58,773 nucleotides of DNA from a virus (taxonomy: Duplodnaviria; Caudoviricetes), in IMG/VR virus record IMGVR_UViG_3300031576_000048, positions 1 through 58,773 of that record; one strand, written 5' to 3'. Below are positions 1 through 9,174 of this stretch, one piece after another (the first letter of the stretch is position 1; every line of letters begins with the position of its first letter). The translations under genes were made by a program, and so were the position numbers. The notes below the pieces were generated by a model. That model was not told the origin of the DNA. It searched no databases and worked only from the letters and a program-made list of their open reading frames with translations.

Positions 1-127
1 TTCTTAAATGTTCACCACGAGACGGAACCAATTCCAAATTCTCAATCCTGTTGTCATTTTTGATCCCATTCTTATGATGAACAAGTTCTTCTTGAAGTAA
101 ATATCTTCCAAGATGATCCTCCATGAT
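1..127. repeat. Terminal overlap identical to 58647-58773 (circular assembly)
   Basis: Exact 127-nt identity; the HNH ORF reads in frame across the junction. Confidence 0.95.
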
Positions 128-637
128 GAGTCGATGTTCCATAACATAACCGTCCCCATCGCAGAATGGGTGATCTCGACTATAAATCATCACATAGGCC
201 ATTTTCGATCCACCCATGCTTCTGCCCCCACGCCAATTCGCCGCATCTTTACCAAATCTGCCATTCGGCCATGCTTTTTTCATACCAATCTTCGTAGCTT
301 CGATCCTGTTATAATGAGGACTTCTAAGACCATGACGCTTGACATGATCAGAAACATTCCCACTGGAGGTCCCGAGCGATTTAGCAATATTAAGCATTGT
401 ACGTGTCTTTAATTGCTCTTCAAGCCATGCGCGATCTTGAAGTTGTGGAAAATTCGTCTTGCGTCGCTTGTTCCATGTTCTCGCCTTTGGAGAGAGACCA
501 AATTTCTTTAAGGTTTTAATAAATGTCGATGGACAACATCCTAAAATATCACAAGCTTGTCTCATCGAGACACCTTTGTCCAAATACTCGGTCTTCATCA
601 TCTCGATAGTTAATTCATTCCTTCGCATGACCACCAT
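1..637 (-). CDS. HNH homing endonuclease, N-terminal part (continues across the junction to 58498; about 261 aa in total)
   Basis: Manual translation from ATG 637: MVVMRRNEL...NWRGGR...[37 protein letters not shown]; in frame with ORF 58498-58770. Confidence 0.85.
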   Translation of the reverse strand, partial: MVVMRRNELTIEMMKTEYLDKGVSMRQACDILGCCPSTFIKTLKKFGLSPKARTWNKRRKTNFPQLQDRAWLEEQLKTRTMLNIAKSLGTSSGNVSDHVKRHGLRSPHYNRIEATKIGMKKAWPNGRFGKDAANWRGGRSMGGSKMAYVMIYSRDHPFCDGDGYVMEHRLIMEDHLGRYLLQEELVHHKNGIKNDNRIENLELVPSRGEHLR

Positions 638-662
638 CCATTATAGATCAGAAGTCAAGAGG

Positions 663-1145
663 TCAGCTAAAACGCACCTCATAAGTGACGTTGACGTCCT
701 GGTTCGTGTTCAGGAGCGAACTCGTGTATGTGTTGCCCGCGAATATCGTGCCGCCGCTCGACGTGTTAAAAAGTCCGACATTTGAGATGTTGAACGTCGT
801 CGTCACGAACGAATCGGAGCTTGCGAATGTCGCGGTGAACTGCTGCGTCTTCGACGCAACAACCGCCGCGGTCACGGTTTTCCGCTGCGTGCTCGACATC
901 ACCTCGCCCGCAAGTGCGGTGTCAACGGCGGCTGGAGCACCGCCCGTGCCGAGCGCCACATGGCTCACGGTCTTTGATGACGCCATTCCGCCGAGTGTAC
1001 GGACAAGGAACTGCTCGAAGCCGAGGTTCACGACAAGATTCGGCCCGATCAGGCCAGAGTCCCCCGTGATCCGGCCCGCTTCGACGATCTGGACGCGGGA
1101 AAATCCCCTGATTGACACGCGCTCCTTTGCCACATGTTTCTTCAT
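663..1145 (-). CDS. Virion structural protein (collar/fibre-attachment-like)
   Basis: SHVALGTG...DTALAGE...NISNVGLFN motif typical of tail-collar-like proteins; lies in the structural module. Confidence 0.6.
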   Translation of the reverse strand: MKKHVAKERVSIRGFSRVQIVEAGRITGDSGLIGPNLVVNLGFEQFLVRTLGGMASSKTVSHVALGTGGAPAAVDTALAGEVMSSTQRKTVTAAVVASKTQQFTATFASSDSFVTTTFNISNVGLFNTSSGGTIFAGNTYTSSLLNTNQDVNVTYEVRFS

Positions 1146-1186
1146 TGCTGACCTCGCTGGAAAAATTTCTTGTGATTATCTCTTTG

Positions 1187-1783
1187 TTATTTCAGCCTGT
1201 TGATTATCCTCTGCCAGAGGTCAATCCCCTGCTGGTCGAGCATCTGCGCCGTGTCGAGCGCGTAGACGAACTCTGGCGTGAGCTCGTAGTCGATGCCGAG
1301 CTTGTCCAAAACGTCCTTGAACATGTGCCTGGGTCTCGTCCCGCGCCTTCCTATCGCCCGTTGAACTGCATACGCTATCCTTGCGAGTTCGCTCGTTTCC
1401 TTCCGTCTCGGTATCCTGCGTGTCGCCTTCACTGTCGGAAGCCCCCCCTCCTCCTTTGCCGCGCCTATTGCGACCGCATGCGTGAACGATTTCTTCTTGA
1501 GCTGCACCCACTGCATGATCGGCTCGATCGGGGGGAAATGGGGCCGGGTTCCGTGCTCGATATAGGCCGAATACTCCTGCGCCGACCCGATTCGGACAGT
1601 GCCCTCGTGCTCGGACACGCCTATGCTCCCAAGCAGGTTGCCGGACGCCACCGCGCCCTTGTCCCTGATCGCGCGTGTGAACTCGCCCTGGAGTGTGTGC
1701 GCGACGCCGAGCATCGCCTTGCGGGACTCCTCGCGTATCGCCTGCGCCGCCTCTCTCGTCCTCAAGTCTATCCGCACAGCCAT
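1187..1783 (-). CDS. Neck/tail-completion protein (HK97 gp10-like)
   Basis: SGNLLGSI...EYSAYIEHGTRPHFPP motif; position after the head adaptor. Confidence 0.7.
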   Translation of the reverse strand: MAVRIDLRTREAAQAIREESRKAMLGVAHTLQGEFTRAIRDKGAVASGNLLGSIGVSEHEGTVRIGSAQEYSAYIEHGTRPHFPPIEPIMQWVQLKKKSFTHAVAIGAAKEEGGLPTVKATRRIPRRKETSELARIAYAVQRAIGRRGTRPRHMFKDVLDKLGIDYELTPEFVYALDTAQMLDQQGIDLWQRIINRLK

Positions 1784-1790
1784 ATGATCA

Positions 1791-2774
1791 TTACCTCGCC
1801 ATCGACCGTCTTGGGTGGAAAAGATAGTCCTGCCCGGTGTGTAGCGTCTCCTCGATCGGGACGTCCATGAGCGCCGGCCTCACCGTCTCCTCCGTCGTCC
1901 CGAACACGGCGAGGGCGTACCGGTCGAAGTAGTTCCGCGCGAGGTCTGCGTACTTCCTTGACTTGTCGTGGTAGTTCACGCTGTCCGCACCGATCTCCGC
2001 GTCCACCGAGGGCGCGTATGCGGCCGCGAGCGCGAGACAGATGTGGGCGGAAGCCAGGGTGGTGATGTTCTCGAAGTTTTCGTCCGTGTCAGGGAAGTTC
2101 TGCTGCCCGACCTCCGGGAGTGAGAGTTGGATGTTTATTCGTGCCACGAATTTCTCCGCCGCCCCCGGCGTCGCGTTGAGAAAGCGCAACTTTATGTTCG
2201 TCCCGTCCTGCGCCGTGCCGTCGTCGAGGAATTCCCAGTCCTCTCTCAGGAGAACGGTGCGGGGCTTGTTGCCCTTGGGGAATTCGATCTCCTCTATCGC
2301 GCTCCAGCCGTGCACCCACAGGTTGCCGAATACCGTGATGAGATTGTACGAGTCCGTGCCGTTTCCCGTCACTTCCTTTGCGGCCACGTGCGGCTTGTCC
2401 CGCCCGTACTGGTTCACCGCCGCCGCCAGGAGGAGCTTCCGCTCGGCGAGGACGACCTTCGTGGCGTCGTCCTTTATCTTCGCCGCTATCTTGTCGAGAT
2501 ACGACTGGTAGGCATGCCTTTCGCCGAGGTCGAGCAGGATGATGTCGTCTATCGTGCCGTTCGCCGTCGGAAGCACCCCGGAAACCGAGAGCACGACCGA
2601 GGTCGCCGAGACGAAGCTCTGGACACGGCTGTGGAATATGCTTGCGCCGATGCGGAACGACAGGCCGCGTCCCGCGTCCGCCGATTCGAAGACGGGCGCC
2701 ATTGTCGCGCCGGAGATCGTCCGGCTCGAAAACGCGTATGCCGCCGTGCCAGTCGAAAGGTACTTCGAGGCCAT
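1791..2774 (-). CDS. Putative head-tail adaptor/connector
   Basis: First gene after the capsid/decoration genes; helical C-terminus; call rests on synteny only. Confidence 0.5.
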   Translation of the reverse strand: MASKYLSTGTAAYAFSSRTISGATMAPVFESADAGRGLSFRIGASIFHSRVQSFVSATSVVLSVSGVLPTANGTIDDIILLDLGERHAYQSYLDKIAAKIKDDATKVVLAERKLLLAAAVNQYGRDKPHVAAKEVTGNGTDSYNLITVFGNLWVHGWSAIEEIEFPKGNKPRTVLLREDWEFLDDGTAQDGTNIKLRFLNATPGAAEKFVARINIQLSLPEVGQQNFPDTDENFENITTLASAHICLALAAAYAPSVDAEIGADSVNYHDKSRKYADLARNYFDRYALAVFGTTEETVRPALMDVPIEETLHTGQDYLFHPRRSMAR

Positions 2775-2787
2775 TTGTAATATTCAA

Positions 2788-2862
2788 AAAAAGGGTACGA
2801 CAGGGAGTCAATCCGCGACTCCCCGCCGTTTCGGCCTTGCTAAGGCCTCGTCAGCCCTTTTT
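2788..2862 (-). ncRNA. Type I hammerhead ribozyme
   Basis: AAAAAGGG-CTGACGA-GGCCTT/AGC/AAGGCC-GAAA-CGGCGGGGAGTC/loop/GACTCCCTGTCG-TA-CCCTTTTT: full catalytic core, three paired stems, GUA cleavage triplet. Confidence 0.9.
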
Positions 2863-2865
2863 AGT

Positions 2866-3219
2866 TCACGGGTTCACGATGTCGATCGAAAGATCAAAAT
2901 CGCCCGAATCGGCCGCCGACGGCGTCGCCGCATCGAACACGTTGATCGTGATGACATTCGCACTCGTATAGACGACGTGGAAGATGCGCGCCGCTGCGCC
3001 AGAGCCCCTGCAATCGGCGAACGTCTTGTTCGCCACGAAGGCGCCGGTGAGTGTGACCGTATATATCCCAGCACTGGTTCTTGCGAGCGTGGGCGTCCCG
3101 TCGTTCAGCGTGTTCAGTCCGACCGTGCCAAGCGCCGGTGCGGCCGCGCCGGCCTGCGTCACGCGCGACCTGAAATGCTGGAATCTCTGCGGCCCGAAGA
3201 CCGCTCCTTCTCGTCCCAT
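2866..3219 (-). CDS. Small beta-rich virion protein, probable capsid decoration
   Basis: Directly after the major capsid gene with a strong SD (AAAGGAG); RTSAGIYTVTL motif. Confidence 0.55.
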   Translation of the reverse strand: MGREGAVFGPQRFQHFRSRVTQAGAAAPALGTVGLNTLNDGTPTLARTSAGIYTVTLTGAFVANKTFADCRGSGAAARIFHVVYTSANVITINVFDAATPSAADSGDFDLSIDIVNP

Positions 3220-3247
3220 GTTATTTCTCCTTTACTTAATCGGTTTT

Positions 3248-5887
3248 TTACGGTACAATCGAGCCGTCGAAGAACCGGAAATCGGTTATCGCCGCGCCCC
3301 AAATGAAGCGGATCTTGAATGTGATCTTGTCATTGGTGAACCAGCTCCCGACATTTGACATATCCGAGACGAACGCTTCCGGAGTCTCCCGTCCGTCCAT
3401 GAACCCGACTTCCAAGCCCACGCCGTCCTCGCGCTTGGACACGATCACCCAGTCGGTTGTGTCGGTCCAATAGGCGACGGGCACGGGTTTCACGCCGAGC
3501 GATTGCGCGAAGGTCGAGACCATGTTCGCGTTCCCCGCCGCAGGCATTGTCAGGCTGTACATCACGCTTTCAAGATCGGACGGCCCCACGAGGAATCCGG
3601 TCCTGAGACCGATCGGGAGCGTGGTGCTCAACTGCTGCTGCTTCTTCATCCGGAGCCGCGCAGCATTAAACGCCACCGCATCGCCGAGAAGCGCCGTCGT
3701 TCCTGTGTTGGCGTGCGTCGCATGGTACAACGCGAGGCTGTCGTAGATCGCGGCGTTGACGGCCGGATTTATGAGGTCGAATACGAACTTGTGCAGTTCC
3801 CAAGAAACGCCCCTCGCCATCCGCGTCGGTATTTGTTGGGCTGCTCCGACGTCGTCGTTCTTGATTGTCTCCAAGGTCAGGTCCTCGGTCCCGCCCTTTT
3901 TCGCCGGAGTGTACGTTGCCTCCTCGTCTCCAGGACTGGTCAGTGGCAAATACGTGGCGCCTTGCGCGACCGTCGGCACTGTGCCGTAGCCGCCGTATCG
4001 GATCCGGCGCTGGGGCTTGAAATCGTTGATCGCGACGATATCCGAAAACTGCCGCCAATCGTCGAGATTCATCGCGAGGTAGTCCCTCACCAGTCGCTTG
4101 TTCAGCGCGGAGGCCGTGACCTCCGCCCAGTCGGTCGTCTGCAGCGACTCGGTGAGCCGCGTCGAATACTTTTTCATCCCCGTCACGTCCGCGTCGCCCG
4201 TGAAGTCGATGTATGCCTGCTTGAACGAACGGTACGGGGGCACGCCCTTGAGCATTTCCTTCTGCTCCTCGGGAGTCAATGGTCGCAGCGATTTCGACAA
4301 GAAGAAGCCGTCCAAGCCGAGCCGTATCTTGTCGTCCTGCTCCAGGCCGATGTTTATGTCCATCCCCCGGCTGTTGGGCATCGACTGGATCAGGCGTCCG
4401 TAGGTCTTGCGAGTGCTGTCGATCGCCTCCATAAGCTCCGGTTCCCTGAAAATTCTGTTGGAAAACCGCGCTTTGAGTTCGTCCTGGAGTGGCACGGGGA
4501 GTTTGCTGTCCCTGAGCCTTTCGGTCAGTATCGCCGAGCATGCCCGCCTCTCCATTTCGAGGATCCTCGTGTCCGCGTCTTCCTTGACCTTCGCGAGCTG
4601 CTTCTCGAACGATTCCTTGACCGCTTCGAGTGCAGGCGCGGAGTCGGGCTCTTTTTTGTGCTGGGGCGGGGACGCGCTCAGCAGCTTGTCCACCTTCTCG
4701 AGGTACGCCTTGAAGAACGAGCCGTCGTCTCTGAGCATTGCTTCCCGGACCCGCGTTATCGCCGCGTCCACCGCATTCTCGTCCATGCCTTGAGGCAGGT
4801 TGAGTCTCGGCTGCGGTTTGTCCGCCGCCAAGAGGTGTGTGTAAAGCTCGTTCTCGTTTACTGCCGCCATGTCGACCTTCTTCTCTTCGAGAAAGGTCGG
4901 ATAGAGCAGCGAGAACAGAAACAGCAGTTTGTTTTTCATGTCCTTTCCTCCTGAATAGGATATTGATGCGACCATTTTCATGAATCGTCCGCCGGCCGCG
5001 CCGCGTTCGACGACGTCGACGGCGGAATAGGTTATTTTCGTCACGATTGGGAGTTTTTCATTTTCATGTTTGCCTTCGACGACATCGACTCTGGCGTCAA
5101 TCGAGAGCTCGTATGGGAACGGCAGGTTGTTTTTGCTCGCGTAGAGGAGATTGTCCTTCAGCCAAGTCGCCGAGGGGAGGATGTGGAGAGTCGCGTGGAG
5201 TTCGTCGCCGACAAGACGGGGATCCGAGAGGGAGCCGACGATGTCCTTCGTCGATTTCTTCGCGGAGTCCCTGCTGTGGCCGAAGTCGTCGGAGTTCGAA
5301 AGCGCGTAGACTTTCGCACCGTCGAAGACGGCGAGCGAACTCTCGATCCCCTCGCGCGAAAAAACGAAGTACGGTTCCCGCAACGACTTGCCGAGTTTGA
5401 GGACGACGACGTCCCATTTGTCGCCCTCTTCGGAGGATTCCCCGATCGCGGCTATGGACCGGAGCGACGCCTGACTTCTTGAGACGCTGCCGAAGCAAAA
5501 TTCCTTTAGCGCATTACAGATCGCGCCCGCGTCATCCGCGGCCTGGCCGAGCGCCGAATCCATGCATCTCGTTCTGAACCCCTCGAAGTCGCCGAAAGCG
5601 TCACACAAGGCCTCGGAGAACCCTGCGCCCTGAACCTGTGCAAGATTGACTCTTAACAAGTTCGACTTCTGCATGTGGCCGGCGCACGACGGGCACAACG
5701 CCCGCATTTGTTCCTGTGTAACCCAGATTTCGGATTCCTTCACGTTCGCGTAGAGCGCCTTGATCTGTCCGTTCGCCTCTGCCTCATTGCCATGGCAGCC
5801 AAGCGCGGGGCCTATCGGGGAGCCGTCGGGGTCTTTCTTGTAGACGCAGAACTTACCGTCGTTGTTTTTTCTGACAAGCCAGGGCAT
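3248..5887 (-). CDS. Fused maturation protease-like/scaffold/major capsid protein (Mu gpT-type HK97 fold)
   Basis: 879 aa; ELSIDA..VDVVERGAAGGRF protease-like segment, coiled-coil scaffold, then INDFK..LETIKNDDVGA..LYHATHAN..GFMDGRETPE..DFR capsid motifs. Confidence 0.85.
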   Translation of the reverse strand: MPWLVRKNNDGKFCVYKKDPDGSPIGPALGCHGNEAEANGQIKALYANVKESEIWVTQEQMRALCPSCAGHMQKSNLLRVNLAQVQGAGFSEALCDAFGDFEGFRTRCMDSALGQAADDAGAICNALKEFCFGSVSRSQASLRSIAAIGESSEEGDKWDVVVLKLGKSLREPYFVFSREGIESSLAVFDGAKVYALSNSDDFGHSRDSAKKSTKDIVGSLSDPRLVGDELHATLHILPSATWLKDNLLYASKNNLPFPYELSIDARVDVVEGKHENEKLPIVTKITYSAVDVVERGAAGGRFMKMVASISYSGGKDMKNKLLFLFSLLYPTFLEEKKVDMAAVNENELYTHLLAADKPQPRLNLPQGMDENAVDAAITRVREAMLRDDGSFFKAYLEKVDKLLSASPPQHKKEPDSAPALEAVKESFEKQLAKVKEDADTRILEMERRACSAILTERLRDSKLPVPLQDELKARFSNRIFREPELMEAIDSTRKTYGRLIQSMPNSRGMDINIGLEQDDKIRLGLDGFFLSKSLRPLTPEEQKEMLKGVPPYRSFKQAYIDFTGDADVTGMKKYSTRLTESLQTTDWAEVTASALNKRLVRDYLAMNLDDWRQFSDIVAINDFKPQRRIRYGGYGTVPTVAQGATYLPLTSPGDEEATYTPAKKGGTEDLTLETIKNDDVGAAQQIPTRMARGVSWELHKFVFDLINPAVNAAIYDSLALYHATHANTGTTALLGDAVAFNAARLRMKKQQQLSTTLPIGLRTGFLVGPSDLESVMYSLTMPAAGNANMVSTFAQSLGVKPVPVAYWTDTTDWVIVSKREDGVGLEVGFMDGRETPEAFVSDMSNVGSWFTNDKITFKIRFIWGAAITDFRFFDGSIVP

Positions 5888-6166
5888 TTATTCCGAGTGC
5901 ACCTTTCGCGCGCCAAGTTTTGAGCCGTGGACAACCACCGTGTTGTTGCCGCCGACTTTCAGGATCTCCCACTCCAATTCGTCCGGATATTGCGCCGAAA
6001 GCAGTGCGGCAAGTTTCTCGGTCAGGGCTTGTGAGGCTCCACTGTCGCCGGGGGAGACGCGAGCGATTGGTCTTGGGATGCTGTCGTCGTCTTCTTCAAT
6101 CGGGGCGGATTCTTCCGCGCCACCTGTGGATTCCTCGCCCTCGACTTCGCGGTTTCGTTTGGCCAT
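5888..6166 (-). CDS. Acidic hypothetical protein
   Basis: SD CAGGAG before ATG 6166; abuts the capsid gene. Confidence 0.6.
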   Translation of the reverse strand: MAKRNREVEGEESTGGAEESAPIEEDDDSIPRPIARVSPGDSGASQALTEKLAALLSAQYPDELEWEILKVGGNNTVVVHGSKLGARKVHSE

Positions 6167-6187
6167 GAGCGTGTCTCCTGTTATGCC

Positions 6188-6232
6188 AAAAACGACAAAA
6201 GGCGAACCGGACTCCTTTGAGTCCAATTCGCC
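6188..6232 (-). terminator. Intrinsic terminator/attenuator in the capsid-operon leader
   Basis: GGCGAATTGGACTC-AAAG-GAGTCCGGTTCGCC followed by TTTTGTCGTTTTT. Confidence 0.55.
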
Positions 6233-6283
6233 TCGATGCGCTTTCCCTTTCAGAGATAAGCGACGGGAAATACTCTAAACGCA

Positions 6284-6312
6284 AATATAGCGAGTCAACG
6301 GGGGTTTGTCAA
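6284..6312 (-). promoter_or_regulatory. Sigma70-type promoter of the capsid operon
   Basis: TTGACA-17 nt-TATATT. Confidence 0.75.
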
Positions 6313-6418
6313 GTGTTTTTTTGGTACTGTCCTAATTTGGGAGGGTTTGTCCTAAGATGAAATGGAAAAGCCAGAGTGATTAGCTCCGGCTTTTTGTGTA
6401 TTATCCATATCGCCAAAT

Positions 6419-6694
6419 TCACCCCGTGGGAGCAATTGGCGAAGTACTTATCAGTGCTGATATTGACAAAGGTGCTGACGCTCCAATCCAAACAGCCTCG
6501 AATCTGCTGGTGGGTGTCCAAACAGTGGTGAAGAAAGCCGCACAAAGTATAAAGACAGCTGAAAAGAAATAGAAGGCTGGGGCTATGCTCGGGAAACTGT
6601 GGCCAAAGTCCGGCTGCACGAGCCTATAGAAACGAAGAACCTCTGGCAGTATGGCACCAAAACCTCCATACCAGAACTTTTCTCTCTGCGTCAT
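6419..6694 (-). CDS. Small multi-pass membrane protein (transposon cargo)
   Basis: 91 aa with about three hydrophobic segments. Confidence 0.55.
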   Translation of the reverse strand: MTQREKFWYGGFGAILPEVLRFYRLVQPDFGHSFPSIAPAFYFFSAVFILCAAFFTTVWTPTSRFEAVWIGASAPLSISALISTSPIAPTG

Positions 6695-6718
6695 TACTCA
6701 AGAACCTATTTTTTTCGT

Positions 6719-6976
6719 TTAGAATAGGGCCCTTGAATGATCGTATATTGCCCTTGCTATTTCCTGAGGAACGATACCCACTTTCGCTGCAAGACCTAAC
6801 AGAATAAATACTCCCGCCACATAAAAGGGCAATCCTAAAAGATACTTTCTTTTCCCCTGATCCATTGGCTCCTTTGGTGACACTGTTGCATTTATCGTAA
6901 TGGATCGCTCCTCACGAGTCTCTTTGACTGGTTTTGATGTTGCTAATGTTCGGAGCATACTTTGTGCCCAAGTCAT
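6719..6976 (-). CDS. Small membrane protein (transposon cargo)
   Basis: 85 aa with one C-terminal hydrophobic helix; SD-like AAAGGA. Confidence 0.45.
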   Translation of the reverse strand: MTWAQSMLRTLATSKPVKETREERSITINATVSPKEPMDQGKRKYLLGLPFYVAGVFILLGLAAKVGIVPQEIARAIYDHSRALF

Positions 6977-7349
6977 CGGTTCAATCCTTTCAGGAAAGTG
7001 GCAACTGTGAGGATTCTTGTGGCCAAGAACATTCTTGTGCCCAATAGTAGCACTCTTAGAAAGAAAACTCGATTAGACCTCTTTTTCTACAACTTTATAT
7101 AGGGAAATGGCTCATACCAATCAAGTTTTCGTTTTCAAATTGATTCTTGTCCAGAGTGAAACAAAAACGAAAAGGGGCAATAACCTTTTAGGCTATCGCC
7201 CCTTACGGCAAAAACACGCCTTTGATCGGCGCTATATGTCAACGAGCTAACATAACAGATTGATTTTGTGATATCAATAGCAAAATAGCTACAAAAATTG
7301 GAGAGGCCGTGTAGCCGTGTATGTGTCATACAAAATTTGTATTTTTTCC

Positions 7350-7378
7350 TTGACTTTTTTGGTTTTGTGTATTATCTT
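7350..7378 (+). promoter_or_regulatory. Sigma70-type promoter with an upstream palindromic operator candidate
   Basis: TTGACT-17 nt-TATCTT; ATACAAA-A-TTTGTAT at 7328-7342. Confidence 0.6.
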
Positions 7379-7412
7379 GAATGTGCAAACACACTTTGAT
7401 AAGGAGATCAAT

Positions 7413-8096
7413 ATGCCGACTAAATACCCACCCGCATGGCCCCTTAACCAAGCAATCAGAGCCGCTAAAGCAATCTATGAGGTTCACTCAAATGAAACAT
7501 TTAACACTGACCATTTGGTTGAATACCTCGAAACGACCAAGACCAGCAGCTATTTCGTCCGTAGAATCGCAGCTCTGCAAGGCTTTGGGCTATTGGATAA
7601 GGTGTCTGATGACACAGTGCGACTCACTGACCTTGCCATTCAAATCGTCAATCCGGTTGCAGGAGAAGATGCCGAGGCGAGGCTTAAGGCGTTCCGACGA
7701 GTTGATGTACTGTCAGATTTGCTTCCAAGATATCCAAATGCCAAACTGCCAGTAGAGGCGGAAGTTCTCAAATCGGTGCTACTCAAGTCCATTGGCATTG
7801 AGCGAGATACTATCAAACCTTGGTATGACTTCGTGGTAGATTCTTTTAAAGCAATCTCTGGTGCTACTGGACGAGCACAGGAAGAAGTACCGCAGGAAAC
7901 TGTACAGGAAAGGCCCAAATCTGAGCCTGAAATGAAAACTTCTACAGTATTTTTGCCAAGTGGCAAAAAGTTTTCATTCAGCGTAGAAGCGGGTTATACA
8001 CCAGAGGATATGGCATTTGTACAGAATCTACTTAATCTCTTTCTTCAGGCGACTCAAAAGACAGAGATTGAAAGCGCAACGCGCACAAAAAAATGA
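7413..8096 (+). CDS. Winged-helix DNA-binding protein (DUF5343-like, transposon cargo)
   Basis: SD TAAGGAG; YP.WPL.QAI...RIAALQGFGLL...VRLTDLAIQI winged-helix pattern. Confidence 0.6.
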   Translation: MPTKYPPAWPLNQAIRAAKAIYEVHSNETFNTDHLVEYLETTKTSSYFVRRIAALQGFGLLDKVSDDTVRLTDLAIQIVNPVAGEDAEARLKAFRRVDVLSDLLPRYPNAKLPVEAEVLKSVLLKSIGIERDTIKPWYDFVVDSFKAISGATGRAQEEVPQETVQERPKSEPEMKTSTVFLPSGKKFSFSVEAGYTPEDMAFVQNLLNLFLQATQKTEIESATRTKK

Positions 8097-8331
8097 TGGG
8101 CAACCCACTCGCTAATTCACGGATTGCCCATTTCAATCACTTATATGAAAGGGACAGGTGTATGAGTAACGTGCTTAAAATACCCTAACCCGCCCGCTTT
8201 TTAGCGGGCCTACGAAGTGCGTTAACACTCCGCAAGCCCTGTAATCCATGCCCGCATGAACGAGCATAGACCCTAACAGAAAGATACGTTCATTGCGGGA
8301 ATTAGTCAAGATGAAAATGAAAGATTCCGCA

Positions 8332-9174
8332 ATGAACACCCTATCAAGCGACAGGAAAACCCTGATTCTCTCCCTCCTCTCTGAAGGCTCCTCGATCAGA
8401 TCAGTTGAACGCATGTCCGGCGTTCACCGCGATACCATCATGAGGCTCATGGTCTCAGTTGGAGATCAGGCCAGAAGATTCATGCACGAAACAATGGCCA
8501 ATCTCCAAGTGAACAAACTCCACGTGGACGAGATTTGGAGCTACGTGGGCAAGCATCAAAAAAACGTCACACGTGACGACAATGACAAATACGTGGGAGA
8601 TCAGTACGTTTTTGTGGCGATGGATTCAGAGACGAAACTGATTCCCGCTTTCAGGCTTGGAAAGAGAACCGGAAGCGCGGCCAATGCGTTCATGTATGAA
8701 CTCTCAACCCGAATCATTAACCGGTTCCAGCTTTCAACTGATGCTTTTCCGCCTTACGTGAACGCGGTTGATCGTGTTTTTGGGACTGAGATCGACTACG
8801 GGCAAGTACAGAAAGACTATGTTTCACCGCCTGAACGGGAAGCATCCCGAAGGTACACTCCGGGCCGGATAATACGTGCCACCAAGACCGTTATTTGTGG
8901 CAATCCAAAACAGGAAGATATTTCAACCTCTCACATTGAACGGCAAAACCTCTCTATGCGAATGGGAATGAGACGACTGACTCGCCTCACCAACGCCTAT
9001 TCAAAGAAATGGGAGAACCTCTACGCGGCCTTGTGTTTGTACTTCTGGCACTATAACTTTGCGAGAGTCCATGAAACGCTGAGAGTGACCCCAGCGATGG
9101 AGCATGGGCTTGTGAGACGCATCTTGATGTGGAATGATTTGTTGAACTGGAAGGAAGCGAAACAAGCGGCTTAA
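8332..9174 (+). CDS. IS1-family DDE transposase
   Basis: N-terminal HTH (EGSSIRSVERMSGVHRDTI); VDEIWSY, STDAF, TSHIERQN, YNFARVHETLRVTPAM motifs. Confidence 0.9.
   Translation: MNTLSSDRKTLILSLLSEGSSIRSVERMSGVHRDTIMRLMVSVGDQARRFMHETMANLQVNKLHVDEIWSYVGKHQKNVTRDDNDKYVGDQYVFVAMDSETKLIPAFRLGKRTGSAANAFMYELSTRIINRFQLSTDAFPPYVNAVDRVFGTEIDYGQVQKDYVSPPEREASRRYTPGRIIRATKTVICGNPKQEDISTSHIERQNLSMRMGMRRLTRLTNAYSKKWENLYAALCLYFWHYNFARVHETLRVTPAMEHGLVRRILMWNDLLNWKEAKQAA

Noticed and set aside
3503-4954. Long plus-strand ORFs (this one, 16017-16997, 17048-18256, 35460-36365, 48360-49553)
   Set aside because: Antisense shadows of well-supported GC-rich minus-strand genes, with no recognisable motifs
3248-9174. 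Mu-like transposable phage (gpT-type capsid plus DDE transposase)
   Set aside because: The transposase is IS1-type and enclosed by its own inverted repeats and target duplication; no MuA/MuB pair; the phage has its own initiator and RecET
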